Positions 27,601 through 41,520 of a stretch of DNA of 64,000 nt are shown here, piece by piece. The notes under the pieces are model-generated. The model saw only the letters and a list, made by a program, of their open reading frames with translations. It was not told the origin of the DNA and did no database searches. Source of the stretch: Euprymna scolopes (Eukaryota); assembly GCA_053919585.1 (NCBI GenBank), contig CM132788.1; one strand, given 5' to 3'. Position numbers and translations under genes: made by a program. The stretch's first letter is position 1, and each line of letters starts with the position of its first letter.

Positions 27601-30600
27601 TTCTATAATCTAATTAATCTCAGTCCTTTCTATAATCTAAATTATCTCAGTTCTTTCTATAATCTGATTAATCTCAGTCCTTTCTATAATCTAATTAATC
27701 TCAGTTCTTTCTATAATCTGATTAATCTCAGTTCTTTCTATAATCTAATTAATCTCAGTTCTTTCTATAATCTAATTAATCTCAGTCCTTTCTATAATCT
27801 AATTAATATCAGTTCTTTCTATAATCTAATTAATCTCAGTTCTTTCTATAATCTAAATTATCTCAGTTCTTTCTATAATCTAATTAATCTCAGTCCTTTC
27901 TATAATCTAAATTATCTCAGTCCTTTCTATAATCTGATTAATCTCAGTTCTTTCTATAATCTAATTAATCTCAGTCCTTTCTATAATCTAAATTATCTCA
28001 GTTCTTTCTATAATCTGATTAATCTTAATTTTTTCTATAATCTGATTAATCTCAGTCCTTTCTATAATCTAAATTATCTCAGTCCTTTCTATAATCTAAA
28101 TTATCTCAGTTCTTTCCATAATCTGATTAATCTCAGTTCTTTCTATAATCTAATTAATCTCAGTCCTTTCTATAATCTAAATTATCTCAGTTCTTTCTAT
28201 AATCTGATTAATATCAGTTCTTTCTATAATCTAATTAATCTCAGTCCTTTCTATAATCTAAATTATCTCAGTCCTTTCTATAATCTAAATTATCTCAGTT
28301 CTTTCCATAATCTGATTAATCTCAGTTCTTCCTATAATCTAATTAATCTCAGTCCTTTCTATAATCTAAATTATCTCAGTTCTTTCTATAATCTGATTAA
28401 TCTCAGTTCTTTCTATAATCTAATTAATCTCAGTTCTTTCTATAATCTAATTAATCTCAGTTCTTTCTATAATCTGATTAATCTCAGTTCTTTCTATAAT
28501 CTAATTAATCTCAGTCCTTTCTATAATCTAAATTATCTCAGTCCTTTCTATAATCTCATTAATCTCAGTTCTTTCTATAATCTAATTAATCTCAGTCCTT
28601 TCTATAATCTAAATTATCTCAGTTCTTTCTATAATCTGATTAATCTCAGTTCTTTCTATAATCTAATTAATCTCAGTCCTTTCTATAATCTGAATTATCT
28701 CAGTCCTTTCTATAATCTAAATTATCTCAGTTCTTTCTATAATCTTATTAATCTCAGTTCTTTCTATAATCTAATTAATCTCAGTCCTTTCTATAATCTA
28801 AATTATCTCAGTTCTTTCTATAATCTGATTAATCTCAGTTCTTTCTATAATCTAATTAATCTCAGTCCTTTCTATAATCTTAACTATCTCAGTTCTTTCT
28901 ATAATCTGATTAATCTCAGTTCTTTCTATAATCTAATTAATCTCAGTCCTTTCTATAATCTAAATTATCTCAGTCCTTTCTATAATCTGATTAATCTCAG
29001 TTCTTTCTATAATCTAAATTATCTCAGTCCTTTCTATAATCTAAATTATCTCAGTTCTTTCTATAATCTGATTAATCTCAGTTCTTTCTATAATCTAATT
29101 AATCTCAGTCCTTTCTATAATCTGAATTATCTCAGTCCTTTCTATAATCTAAATTATCTCAGTTCTTTCTATAATCTGATTAATCTCAGTTCTTTCTATA
29201 ATCTAATTAATCTCAGTCCTTTCTATAATCTAAATTATCTCAGTCCTTTCTATAATCTGATTAATCTCAGTTCTTTCTATAATCTAAATTATCTCAGTCC
29301 TTTCTATAATCTACATTATCTCAGTTCTTTCTATAATCTGATTAATCTCAGTTCTTTCTATAATCTAATTAATCCCAGTCCTTTCTATAATCTGAATTGT
29401 CTCAGTCCTTTCTATAATCTAAATTATCTCAGTTCTTTCTATAATCTGATTAATCTCAGTTCTTTCTATAATCTAAATTATCTCAGTCCTTTCTATAATC
29501 TAAATTATCTCAGTTCTTTCCATAATCTGATTCATCTCAGTTCTTTCTATAATCTAATTAATCTCAGTCCTTTCTATAATCTAAATTATCTCAGTTCTTT
29601 CTATAATCTAATTAATCTCAGTTCTTTCTATAATCTAATTAATCTCAGTCCTTTCTATAATCTAAATTATCTCAGTTCTTTCCATAATCTGATTTATCTC
29701 AGTTCTTTCTATAATCTAATTAATCTCAGTCCTTTCTATAATCTAAATTATCTCAGTTCTTTCTATAATCTGATTAATCTCAGTCCTTTCTATAATCTAA
29801 TTCATCTCAGTTCTTTCTATAATCTGATTAATCTCAGTTCTTTCTATAATCTAATTAATCTCAGTTCTTTCTATAATCTGATTAATCTCAGTCCTTTCTA
29901 TAATCTAATTAATCTCAGTTCTTTCTATAATCTGATTAATCTCAGTCCTTTCTATAATCTAATTAATCTCAGTTCTTTCTATAATCTGATTAATCTCAGT
30001 TCTTTCTATAATCTAATTAATCTCAGTTCTTTCTATAATCTGATTAATCTCAGTCCTTTCTATAATCTAATTCATCTCAGTTCTTTCTATAATCTGATTA
30101 ATCTCAGTTCTTTCTATAATCTAATTAATCTCAGTCCTTTCCATAATCTAAATTATCTCAGTACTTTCTATAATCTAATTAATCTCAGTCCTTTCTATAA
30201 TCTAATTAATCTCAGTCCTTTCTATAATCTAATTAATCTCAGTCCTTTCTATAATCTGATTAATCTCAGTTCTTTCTATAATCTAATTAATCTCAGTCCT
30301 TTCTATAATCTAAATTATCTCAGTTCTTTCTATAATCTGATTAATCTCAGTTCTTTCTATAATCTAATTAATCTCAGTCCTTTCTATAATCTAATTAATC
30401 TCAGTCCTTTCTATAATCTAAATTATCTCAGTTCTTTCCATAATCTTATCAATCTCAGTTCTTTCTATAATCTAATTAATCTCAGTCCTTTCTATAATCT
30501 AAATTATCTCAGTTCTTTCTATAATCTGATTAATCTCAGTTCTTTCTATAATCTAAATTATCTCAGTTCTTTCTATAATCTAATTAATCTCAGTCCTTTC

Positions 30601-33600
30601 TATAATCTAAATTATCTCAGTTCTTTCTATAATCTAATTAATCTCAGTTCTTTCTATAATCTAATTAATCTCAGTCCTTTCTATAATCTGATTAATCTCA
30701 ATCCTTTCTATAATCTGATTAATCTCAGTTCTTTCTATAATCTGATTAATCTCAGTTCTTTCTATAATCTCATTAATCTCAGTTCTTTCTATAATCAAAT
30801 TAATCTCAGTTCTTTCTATAATCTGATTAATCTCAGTTCTTTCTATAATCTGATTAATCTCAGTTCTTTCTATAATCTAATTAATCTCAGTTCTTTCTAT
30901 AATCTGATTAATCTCAGTTCTTTCTATAATCTGATTAATCTCAGTTCTTTCTATAATCTAATTAATCTCAGTTCTTTCTATAATCTCATTAATCTCAGTT
31001 CTTTCTATAATCTAATTAATCTCAGTTCTTTCTATAATCTCATTAATCTCAGTTCTTTCTATAATCTCATTAATCTCAGTTCTTTCTATAATCTAATTAA
31101 TCACAGTTCTTTCTATAATCTGATTAATCTCAGTTCTTTCTATAATCTCATTAATCTCAGTTCTTTCTATAATCTAAGTTATCTCAGTCCTTTCTATAAT
31201 CTAAATTATCTCAGTTCTTTCTATAATCTCATTAATCTCAGTTCTTTCTATAATCTTATTAATCTCAGTAAATTCTATAATCTAATTAATCTCAGTTCTT
31301 TCTATAATCAGATTAATCTCAGTCCTTTCTATAATCTGATTAATCTCAGTTCTTTCTATAATCTAATTAATCTCGGTTCTTTCTATAATCTAATTAATCT
31401 CAGTCCTTTCTTTAATCTAAATTATCTCAGTTCTTTCTTTAATCTCATAAATCTCAGTTCGTTCTATAATCTGATTAATCTCAGTTCTTTCTATACTCTG
31501 ATTAATATCAATTCTTTCTATAATCTCATTAATCTCAGTTCTTTCTATAATCTAATTAATATCAGTCCTTTCTATAATCTGATTAATCTCAGTTCTTTCT
31601 ATAATCTAATTAATCTCAGTTCTTTCTATAATCTGATTAATCTCAGTTCTTTCTATAATCTAATTAATCTCAGTCCTTTCTATAATCTTAATTATCTCAG
31701 TTTTTTTCTATAATCTAATTAGCTCAGTTCTTTCCATAATCTGATTAATCTCAGTTCTTTCTATAATCTGATTAATCTCAGTTCTTTCTATAATCTGATT
31801 AATCTCAGTTCTTTCTATAATCTAATTAATCTCAGTCCTTTCTATAATCTAAATTATCTCAGTTCTTTCTATAATCTAAATTATCTCAGTTCTTTCTATA
31901 ATCTAATTTATCTCAGTTCTTTCCATGATCTGATTAATCTCAGTTCTTTCTATAATCTGATTAATCTCAGTTCTTTCTATGATCTGATTAATCTCAGTTC
32001 TTTCTATAATCTAATTAATCTCAGTTCTTTCTATAATCTAATTAATCTTAGTCCTTTCTATAATCTAAATTATCTCAGTTCTTTCTATAATCTGATTAAT
32101 CTCAGTTCTTTCTATAATCTAATTAATCTCAGTTCTTTCTATAATCTAAATTATCTCAGTTCTTTCTATAATCTGATTAATCTCAGTTCTTTCTATAATC
32201 TAATTAATCTCAGTCCTTTCTATAATCTTAATTATCTCAGTTCTTTCTATAATCTGATTAATCTCAGTTCTTTCCATAATCTAAATTATCTCAGTCCTTT
32301 CTATAATCTAAATTATCTCAGTCCTTTCTATAATCTAAATTATCTCAGTTCTTTCCATAATCTGATTCATCTCAGTTCTTTCTATAATCTAATTAATCTC
32401 AGTCCTTTCTATAATCTAAATTATCTCAGTTCTTTCTATAATCTGATTAATCTCAGTTCTTTCTATAATCTAATTAATCTCAGTCCTTTCTATAATCTAA
32501 ATTATCTCAGTTCTTTCCATAATCTGATTAATCTCAGTTCTTTCTATAATCTAATTAATCTCAGTCCTTTCTATAATCTAAATTATCTCAGTTCTTTCTA
32601 TAATCTAATTAATCTCAGTTCTTTCTATAATCTAATTAATCTCAGTCCTTTCTATAATCTAAATTATCTCAGTCCTTTCTATAATCTAAATTATCTCAGT
32701 TCTTTCCATAATCTGATTAATCTCAGTTCTTTCTATAATCTAATAAATCTCAGTCCTTTCTATAATCTTAATTATCTCAGTTCTTTCTATAATCTGATTA
32801 ATCTCAGTTCTTTCTATAATCTAAATTATCTCAGTTCTTTCTATAATCTAAATTATCTCAGTTCTTTCTATAATCTGATTAATCTCAGTTCTTTCTATAA
32901 TCTTATTAATCTCAGTTCTTCTATAATCTCATTAATCTCAGTTCTTTTATAATCTCATTAATCTCAGTCCTTTCTATAATCTAACTCATCTCAGTTCTTT
33001 CTATAATCTAATTAATCTCAGTTCTTTCTATAATCTAATTAATCTCAGTTCTTTCTATAATCTGATTAATCTCAGTTCTTTCTATAATCTAATTAATCTC
33101 AGTTCTTTCTATAATCTGATTAATCTCAGTTCTTTCTATAATCTGATTAATCTCAGTCCTTTCTATAATCTAAATTATCTCAGTTCTTTCTATAATCTGA
33201 TTAATCTCAGTTCTTTCTATAATCTGATTAATCTCAGTCCTTTCTATAATCTAAATTATCTCAGTCCTTTCTATAATCTAAATTATCTCAGTTCTTTCCA
33301 TAATCTGATTAATCTCAGTTCTTTCTATAATCTAATTAATCTCAGTCCTTTCTATAATCTAAATTATCTCAGTTCTTTCTATAATCTGATTAATCTCAGT
33401 TCTTTCTATAATCTAATTAATCTCAGTCCTTTCTATAATCTAAATTATCTCAGTCCTTTCTATAATCTAAATTATCTCAGTTCTTTCCATAATCTGATTA
33501 ATCTCAGTTCTTCCTATAATCTAATTAATCTCAGTCCTTTCTATAATCTAAATTATCTCAGTTCTTTCTATAATCTGATTAATCTCAGTTCTTTCTATAA

Positions 33601-36600
33601 TCTAATTAATCTCAGTCCTTTCTATAATCTAATTAATCTCAGTTCTTTCTATAATCTGATTAATCTCAGTCCTTTCTATAATCTTAATTATCTCAGTCCT
33701 TTCTATAATCTCATTAATCTCAGTTCTTTCTATAATCTAATTAATCTCAGTCCTTTCTATAATCTAAATTATCTCAGTTCTTTCTTTAATCTGATTAATC
33801 TCAGTTCTTTCTATAATCTAATTAATCTCAGTCCTTTCTATAATCTGATTTATCTCAGTCCTTTCTATAATCTAAATTATCTCAGTTCTTTCTATAATCT
33901 GATTAATCTCAGTTCTTTCTATAATCTAATTAATCTCAGTCCTTTCTATAATCTAAATTATCTCAGTTCTTTCCATAATCTGATTTATCTCAGTTCTTTC
34001 TATAATCTAATTAATCTCAGTCCTTTCTATAATCTAAACTATCTCAGTTCTTTCGATAATCTGATTAATCTCAGTTCTTTCTATAATCTAATTAATCTCA
34101 GTCCTTTCTATAATCTAAATTATCTCAGTCTTTTCTATAATCTGATTAATCTCAGTTCTTTCTATAATCTAAATTATCTCAGTCCTTTCTATAATCTAAA
34201 TTATCTCAGTTCTTTCTATAATCTGATTAATCTCAGTTCTTTCTATAATCTAATTAATCTCAGTTCTATCTATAATCTGAATTATCTCAGTCCTTTCTAT
34301 AATCTAAATTATCTCAGTTCTTTCTATAATCTGATTAATCTCAGTTCTTTCTATAATCTAATTAATCTCAGTCCTTTCTATAATCTAAATTATCTCAGTC
34401 CTTTCTATAATCTAAATTATCTCAGTTCTTTCCATAATCTGATTCATCTCAGTTCTTTCTATAATCTAATTAATCTCAGTCCTTTCTATAATCTAAATTA
34501 TCTCAGTTCTTTCTATAATCTAATTAATCTCAGTTCTTTCTATAATCTAATTAATCTCAGTCCTTTCTATAATCTAAATTATCTCAGTTCTTTCCATAAT
34601 CTGATTAATCTCAGTTCTTTCTATAATCTAATTAATCTCAGTCCTTTCTATAATCTAAATTATCTCAGTTCTTTCTATAATCTGATTAATCTCAGTTCTT
34701 TCTATAATCTAATTAATCTCAGTCCTTTCTATAATCTAAATTATCTCACTCCTTTCTATAATCTAAATTATCTCAGTTCTTTCCATAATCTGATTAATCT
34801 CAGTTCTTTCTATAATCTAATTAATCTCAGTCCTTTCTATAATCTTAATTATCTCAGTTCTTTCTATAATCTGATTAATCTCAGTTCTTTCTATAATCTA
34901 ATTAATCTCAGTCCTTTCTATAATCTAAATTATCTCAGTTCTTTCTATAATCTGATTAATCTCAGTTCTTTCTATAATCTAATTAATCTCAGTTCTTTCT
35001 ATAATCTCATTAATCTCAGTTCTTTTATAATCTCATTAATCTCAGTCCTTTCTATAATCTAACTCATCTCAGTTCTTTCTATAATCTCATTAATATCAGT
35101 TCTTTCTATAATCTAATTAATCTCAGTTCTTTCTATAATCTGATTAATCTCAGTTCTTTCTATAATCTAATTAATCTCAGTTCTTTCTATAATCTGATTA
35201 ATCTCAGTTCTTTCTATAATCTAATTAATCTCAGTTCTTTCTATAATCTAAATTATCTCAGTTCTTTCTATAATCTCATTAATCTCAGTTCTTTCTATAA
35301 TCTAAATCATCTCAGTCCTTTCTATAATCTAATTAATCTCAGTTCTTTCTATAATCTGATTCATCTCAGTTCTTTCTATAATCTAATTAATCTCAGTTCT
35401 ATCTATAATCTGATTAATCTCAGTCCTTTCTATAATCTAATTAATCTCAGTTCTTTCTATAATCTGATTAATCTCAGTTCTTTCTATAATCTGATTAATC
35501 TCAGTTCTTTCTATAATCTGATTAATCTCAGTCCTTTCTATAATCTAATTAATCTCAGTTCTTTCTATAATCTGATTAATCTCAGTCCTTTCTATAATCT
35601 AATTAATCTCAGTTCTTTCTATAATCTGATTAATCTCAGTTCTTTCTATAATCTGATTAATCTCAGTTCTTTCTATAATCTAAATTATCTCAGTTCTTTC
35701 TATAATCTAATTAATCTCAGTTCTTTCTATAATCTAAATTATCTCAGTTCTTTCTATAATCTAATTAATCTCTGTTCTTTCTATAATCTGATTAATCTCA
35801 GTTCTTTCTATAATCTAATTAATCTCAGTCCTTTCTATAATCTAAATTATCTCAGTTCTTTCTATAATCTGATTAATCTCAGTTCTTTCTATAATCTGAA
35901 TTATCTCAGTTCTTTCTATAATCTGATTAATCTCAGTTCTTTCTATAATCTAATTAATCTCAGTTCTGTCTATAATCTAATTAATTTCAGTCCTTTCTAT
36001 AATCTAAATTATCTCAGTCCTTTCTATAATCTAAATTATCTCAGTTCTTTCTATAATCTAATTAATCTCAGTTCTGTCTATAATCTAATTAATTTCAGTC
36101 CTTTCTATAATCTAAATTATCTCAGTCCTTTCTATAATCTAAATTATCTCAGTTCTTTCCATAATCTGATTAATCTCAGTTCTTTCTATAATCTAATTAA
36201 TCTCAGTCCTTTCTATAATCTTAATTATCTCAGTTCTTTCTATAATCTGATTAATCTCAGTTCTTTCTATAATCTAATTAATCTCAGTCCTTTCTATAAT
36301 CTAAATTATCTCAGTTCTTTCTATAATCTGATTAATCTCAGTTCTTTCTATAATCTAATTAATCTCAGTTCTTTCTATAATCTCATTAATCTCAGTTCTT
36401 TTATAATCTCATTAATCTCAGTCCTTTCTATAATCTAACTCATCTCAGTTCTTTCTATAATCTCATTAATATCAGTTCTTTCTATAATCTAATTAATCTC
36501 AGTTCTTTCTATAATCTGATTAATCTCAGTTCTTTCTATAATCTAATTAATCTCAGTTCTTTCTATAATCTGATTAATCTCAGTTCTTTCTATAATCTAA

Positions 36601-39600
36601 TTAATCTCAGTTCTTTCTATAATCTAAATTATCTCAGTTCTTTCTATAATCTCATTAATCTCAGTTCTTTCTATAATCTAAATCATCTCAGTCCTTTCTA
36701 TAAACTAATTAATCTCAGTTCTTTCTATAATCTGATTAATCTCAGTTCTTTCTATAATCTAATTAATCTCAGTTCTATCTATAATCTGATTAATCTCAGT
36801 CCTTTCTATAATCTTATTAATCTCAGTTCTTTCTATAATCTGATTAATCTCAGTTCTTTCTATAATCTGATTAATCTCAGTTCTTTCTATAATCTGATTA
36901 ATCTCAGTCCTTTCTATAATCTAATTAATCTCAGTTCTTTCTATAATCTGATTAATCTCAGTCCTTTCTATAATCTAATTAATCTCAGTTCTTTCTATAA
37001 TCTGATTAATCTCAGTTCTTTCTATAATCTGATTAATCTCAGTTCTTTCTATAATCTAAATTATCTCAGTTCTTTCTATAATCTAATTAATCTCAGTTCT
37101 TTCTATAATCTAAATTATCTCAGTTCTTTCTATAATCTAATTAATCTCTGTTCTTTCTATAATCTGATTAATCTCAGTTCTTTCTATAATCTAATTAATC
37201 TCAGTCCTTTCTATAATCTAAATTATCTCAGTTCTTTCTATAATCTGATTAATCTCAGTTCTTTCTATAATCTGAATTATCTCAGTTCTTTCTATAATCT
37301 GATTAATCTCAGTTCTTTCTATAATCTAATTAATCTCAGTTCTGTCTATAATCTAATTAATTTCAGTCCTTTCTATAATCTAAATTATCTCAGTCCTTTC
37401 TATAATCTAAATTATCTCAGTTCTTTCTATAATCTAATTAATCTCAGTTCTTTCTATAATCTGATTAATCTCAGTTCTTTCTATAATCTAATTAATCTCA
37501 GTCCTTTCTATAATCTAATTAATCTCAGTTCTTTCTATAATCTGATTAATCTCAGTTCTTTATATAATCTGATTAATCTCAGTTCTTTCTATAATCTAAT
37601 TAATCTCAGTTCTTTCTATAATCTGATTAATCTCAGTTCTTTCTATAATCTGATTAATCTCAGTTCTTTCTATAATCTAATTAATCTCAGTCCTTTCTAT
37701 AATCTTAATTATCTCAGTCCTTTCTATAATCTAAATTATCTCAGTTCTTTCTATAATCTAAATGATCTCAGTTCTTTCTATAATCTAAATTATCTCAGTT
37801 CTTTCTATAATCTGATTAATCTCAGTTCTTTCTATAATCTCATTAATCTTAGTCCTTTCTATAATCTTATTAATCTCAGTCCTTTCTATAATCTAAATTA
37901 TCTCAGTCCTTTCTATAATCTAAATTATCTCAGTTCTTTCTATAATCTAAATTATCTCAGTTCTTTCTATGATCGAAATTATCTCAGTTCTTTCTATAAT
38001 CTGATTAATCTCAGTTCTTTCTATAATCTAATTAATCTCAGTCCTTTCTATAATCTAATTAATCTCAGTCCTTTCTATAATCTAAATTATCTCAGTCCTT
38101 TCTATAATCTAAATTATCTCAGTCCTTTCTATAATCTAAATTATCTCAGTTCTTTCTATAATCTAAATTATCTCAGTTCTTTCTATAATCTGATTAATCT
38201 CAGTTCTTTCTATAATCTAATTAATCTCAGTCCTTTCTATAATCTAATTAATCTCAGTCCTTTCTATAATCTAAATTATCTCAGTCCTTTCTATAATCTA
38301 AATTATCTCAGTTCTTTCTATAATCTGATTAATCTCAGTTCTTTCTATAATCTAATTAATCTCAGTCCTTTCTATAATCTAATTAATCTCAGTCCTTTCT
38401 ATAATCTAAATTATCTCAGTCCTTTCTATAATCTAAATTATCTCAGTTCTTTCTATAATCTAAATTATCTCAGTTCTTTCTATAATCTAAATTATCTCAG
38501 TTCTTTCTATAATCTGATTAATCTCAGTTCTTTCTATAATCTAATTAATCTCAGTCCTTTCTATAATCTAATTAATCTCAGTCCTTTCTATAATCTAAAT
38601 GATCTCAGTCCTTTCTATAATCTAAATTATCTCAGTTCTTTCTATAATCTAAATTATCTCAGTTCTTTCTATAATCTAAATTATCTCAGTTTTTTCTATA
38701 ATCTGATTAATCTCAGTTCTTTCTATAATCTGATTAATCTCAGTTCTTTCTATAATCTAATTAATCTCAGTCCTGTCTATAATCTAAATTATCTCAGTTC
38801 TTTCTATAATCTGATTAATCTCAGTTCTTCCTATAATCTAATTAATCTCAGTTCTTTCTATAATCTGAATTATCTCAGTTCTTTCTATAATCTGATTAAT
38901 CTCAGTTCTTTCTATAATCTAATTAATCTCAGTTCTTTCTATAATCTAATTAATTTCAGTCCTTTCTATAATCTAAATTATCTCAGTCCTTTCTATAATC
39001 TAAATTATCTCAGTTCTTTCTATAATCTAATTAATCTCAGTTCTTTCTATAATCTGATTAATCTCAGTTCTTTCTATAATCTAATTAATCTCAGTCCTTT
39101 CTATAATCTAATTAATCTCAGTTCTTTCTATAATCTGATTAATCTCAGTTCTTTATATAATCTGATTAATCTCAGTTCTTTCTATAATCTAATTAATCTC
39201 AGTTCTTTCTATAATCTGATTAATCTCAGTTCTTTCTATAATCTGATTAATCTCAGTTCTTTCTATAATCTAATTAATCTCAGTCCTTTCTATAATCTAA
39301 ATTATCTCAGTCCTTTCTATAATCTAAATTATCTCAGTTCTTTCTATAATCTAAATGATCTCAGTTCTTTCTATAATCTAAATTATCTCAGTTCTTTCTA
39401 TAATCTGATTAATCTCAGTTCTTTCTATAATCTTATTAATCTTAGTCCTTTCTATAATCTAATTAATCTCAGTCCTTTCTATAATCTAAATTATCTCAGT
39501 CCTTTCTATAATCTAAATTATCTCAGTTCTTTCTATAATCTAAATTATCTCAGTTCTTTCTATGATCGAAATTATCTCAGTTCTTTCTATAATCTGATTA

Positions 39601-40873
39601 ATCTCAGTTCTTTCTATAATCTAATTAATCTCAGTCCTTTCTATAATCTAATTAATCTCAGTCCTTTCTATAATCTAAATTATCTCAGTCCTTTCTATAA
39701 TCTAAATTATCTCAGTCCTTTCTATAATCTAAATTATCTCAGTTCTTTCTATAATCTAAATTATCTCAGTTCTTTCTATAATCTGATTAATCTCAGTTCT
39801 TTCTATAATCTAATTAATCTCAGTCCTTTCTATAATCTAATTAATCTCAGTCCTTTCTATAATCTAAATTATCTCAGTCCTTTCTATAATCTAAATTATC
39901 TCAGTTCTTTCTATAATTTGATTAATCTCAGTTCTTTCTATAATCTAATTAATCTCAGTCCTTTCTATAATCTAATTAATCTCAGTCCTTTCCATAATCT
40001 AAATTATCTCAGTCCTTTCTATAATCTAAATTATCTCAGTTCTTTCTATAATCTAAATTATCTCAGTTCTTTCTATAATCTAAATTATCTCAGTTCTTTC
40101 TATAATCTGATTAATCTCAGTTCTTTCTATAATCTAATTAATCTCAGTCCTTTCTATAATCTAATTAATCTCAGTCCTTTCTATAATCTAAATTATCTCA
40201 GTCCTTTCTATAATCTAAATTATCTCAGTTCTTTCTATAATCTAAATTATCTCAGTTCTTTCTATAATCTAAATTATCTCAGTTTTTTCTATAATCTGAT
40301 TAATCTCAGTTCTTTCTATAATCTGATTAATCTCAGTTCTTTCTATAATCTAATTAATCTCAGTCCTGTCTATAATCTAAATTATCTCAGTTCTTTCTAT
40401 AATCTGATTAATCTCAGTTCTTCCTATAATCTAATTAATCTCAGTTCTTTCTATAATCTAAATTATCTCAGTTCTTTCTATAATCTGATTAATATCAGTT
40501 CTTTCTATAATCTAATTAATCTCAGTCCTTTCTATAATCTAAATTATCTCAGTTCTTTCCATAGTCTGATTAATCTCAGTTCTTTCTATAATCACATTAA
40601 TCTCAGTTCTTTCTATAATCTAATTAATCTCAGTTCTTTCTATAATCTAAATTATCTCAGTTCTTTCTATAATCTGATTAATCTCAGTTCTTTCTATAAT
40701 CTAATTAATCTCAGTTTTTTCTATAATCTCATTAATCTCAGTTCTTTTATAATCTCATTAATCTCAGTCCTTTCTATAATCTAACTCATCTCAGTTCTTT
40801 CTATAATCTCATTAATCTCAGTTCTTTCCATAATCTAATTAATCTCAGTCCTTTCTATAATCTTATTAATCTC
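3647..40873. repeat. Giant 27-bp satellite array, ~1,380 copies; consensus TCTTTCTATAATCT(A/G/C)ATTAATCTCAGT
   Basis: Uninterrupted head-to-tail repeats. Recurrent variants are ctG/ctA/ctC/ctT-att, ctaAATTATctc and agtCct. ORF 39918-40784 (SSFYNLINL)n is simply the translated monomer. Confidence 0.99.
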
Positions 40874-41345
40874 CACAACTATTCGTCCATGCATGGAGTT
40901 CTGAGTTATTACATCTATCACTAGTCTCTCACTCTTAGACATGGTCCAAAATAGATTCTTTATTATAATAGCTTCCGTTTTATCAACTAATCTTTAACTC
41001 TTATTCAATCGCTGCAATGTTGCCTCCCTGTGCTTGTTTTAAAAGTATTTTTATATGCCTTGATAAACCCATATCACTTGTGTTCTCTCAGCGTAAATAA
41101 CCCTAACCCTAATCCGAAACTGTAAAGATCCTTAGATGCAAGAAGACGTTTTATTTTAATATTTTCTTTCCTTGAATTGGTCACCTACTTCTTTAGTCGC
41201 ACTTACATGCAAAAGTTCAAGTATAATGTGAATAGACATCTGTCAGCTCAATTCCCTACATAGTACCTTTGTGATCAAGGTTCCAAATAGACGCTCCTTA
41301 CGTTCAAGTGGCACTGCGCTTCGTTTGGTGTGAATAAGTTTTTAA
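40874..41345 (+). mobile_element. Old decayed CR1/Zenon-type LINE 3' fragment (RT C-terminal region plus 3' UTR)
   Basis: Translates, with frameshifts, to TIRPCME...SLSLLDMVQNR...LSTNL*LLFNRCNVASLCLF*KYF...TVKILRCKKTFYFNIFFP...QKFKYNVNRHL. This is collinear with the IRPxMEY / LDRVQ / RRNVASLSLFY / FKxNVN motifs of the younger copy at 59.7-60.2 kb. Confidence 0.8.
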
Positions 41346-41419
41346 AAAACTTGAGGAAAGGAGCTTGTGAAGGTTGCCAGCATCTATAGATGAACGTGAT
41401 ACTATGAACTCGACTTTTC

Positions 41420-41519
41420 ATTGATTTTCAAGTATAATGTGTATATACACTTTGCATTTACACTCCCCGAATAGTGAGCCTATAAACAAGGTTTCAAATA
41501 GGCGTTCCTTACGTTCTAC
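41420..41519 (+). mobile_element. Second diverged copy of the same old CR1 3' end
   Basis: ttcaagtataatgtg...caaggtttcaaataggcgttccttacgttc resembles 41216-41305 (ttcaagtataatgtg...caaggttccaaatagacgctccttacgttc). Confidence 0.65.
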
Positions 41520-41520
41520 T

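Noticed and set aside
39918-40784. 288-aa ORF with a leucine-rich 9-aa repeat
   Set aside because: It is the satellite translated from a chance TTG variant, has no unique domains and does not fit the LRR consensus.
3647-40873. CRISPR-like appearance of short regular repeats
   Set aside because: There are no unique spacers and no cas genes, and the context is eukaryotic.
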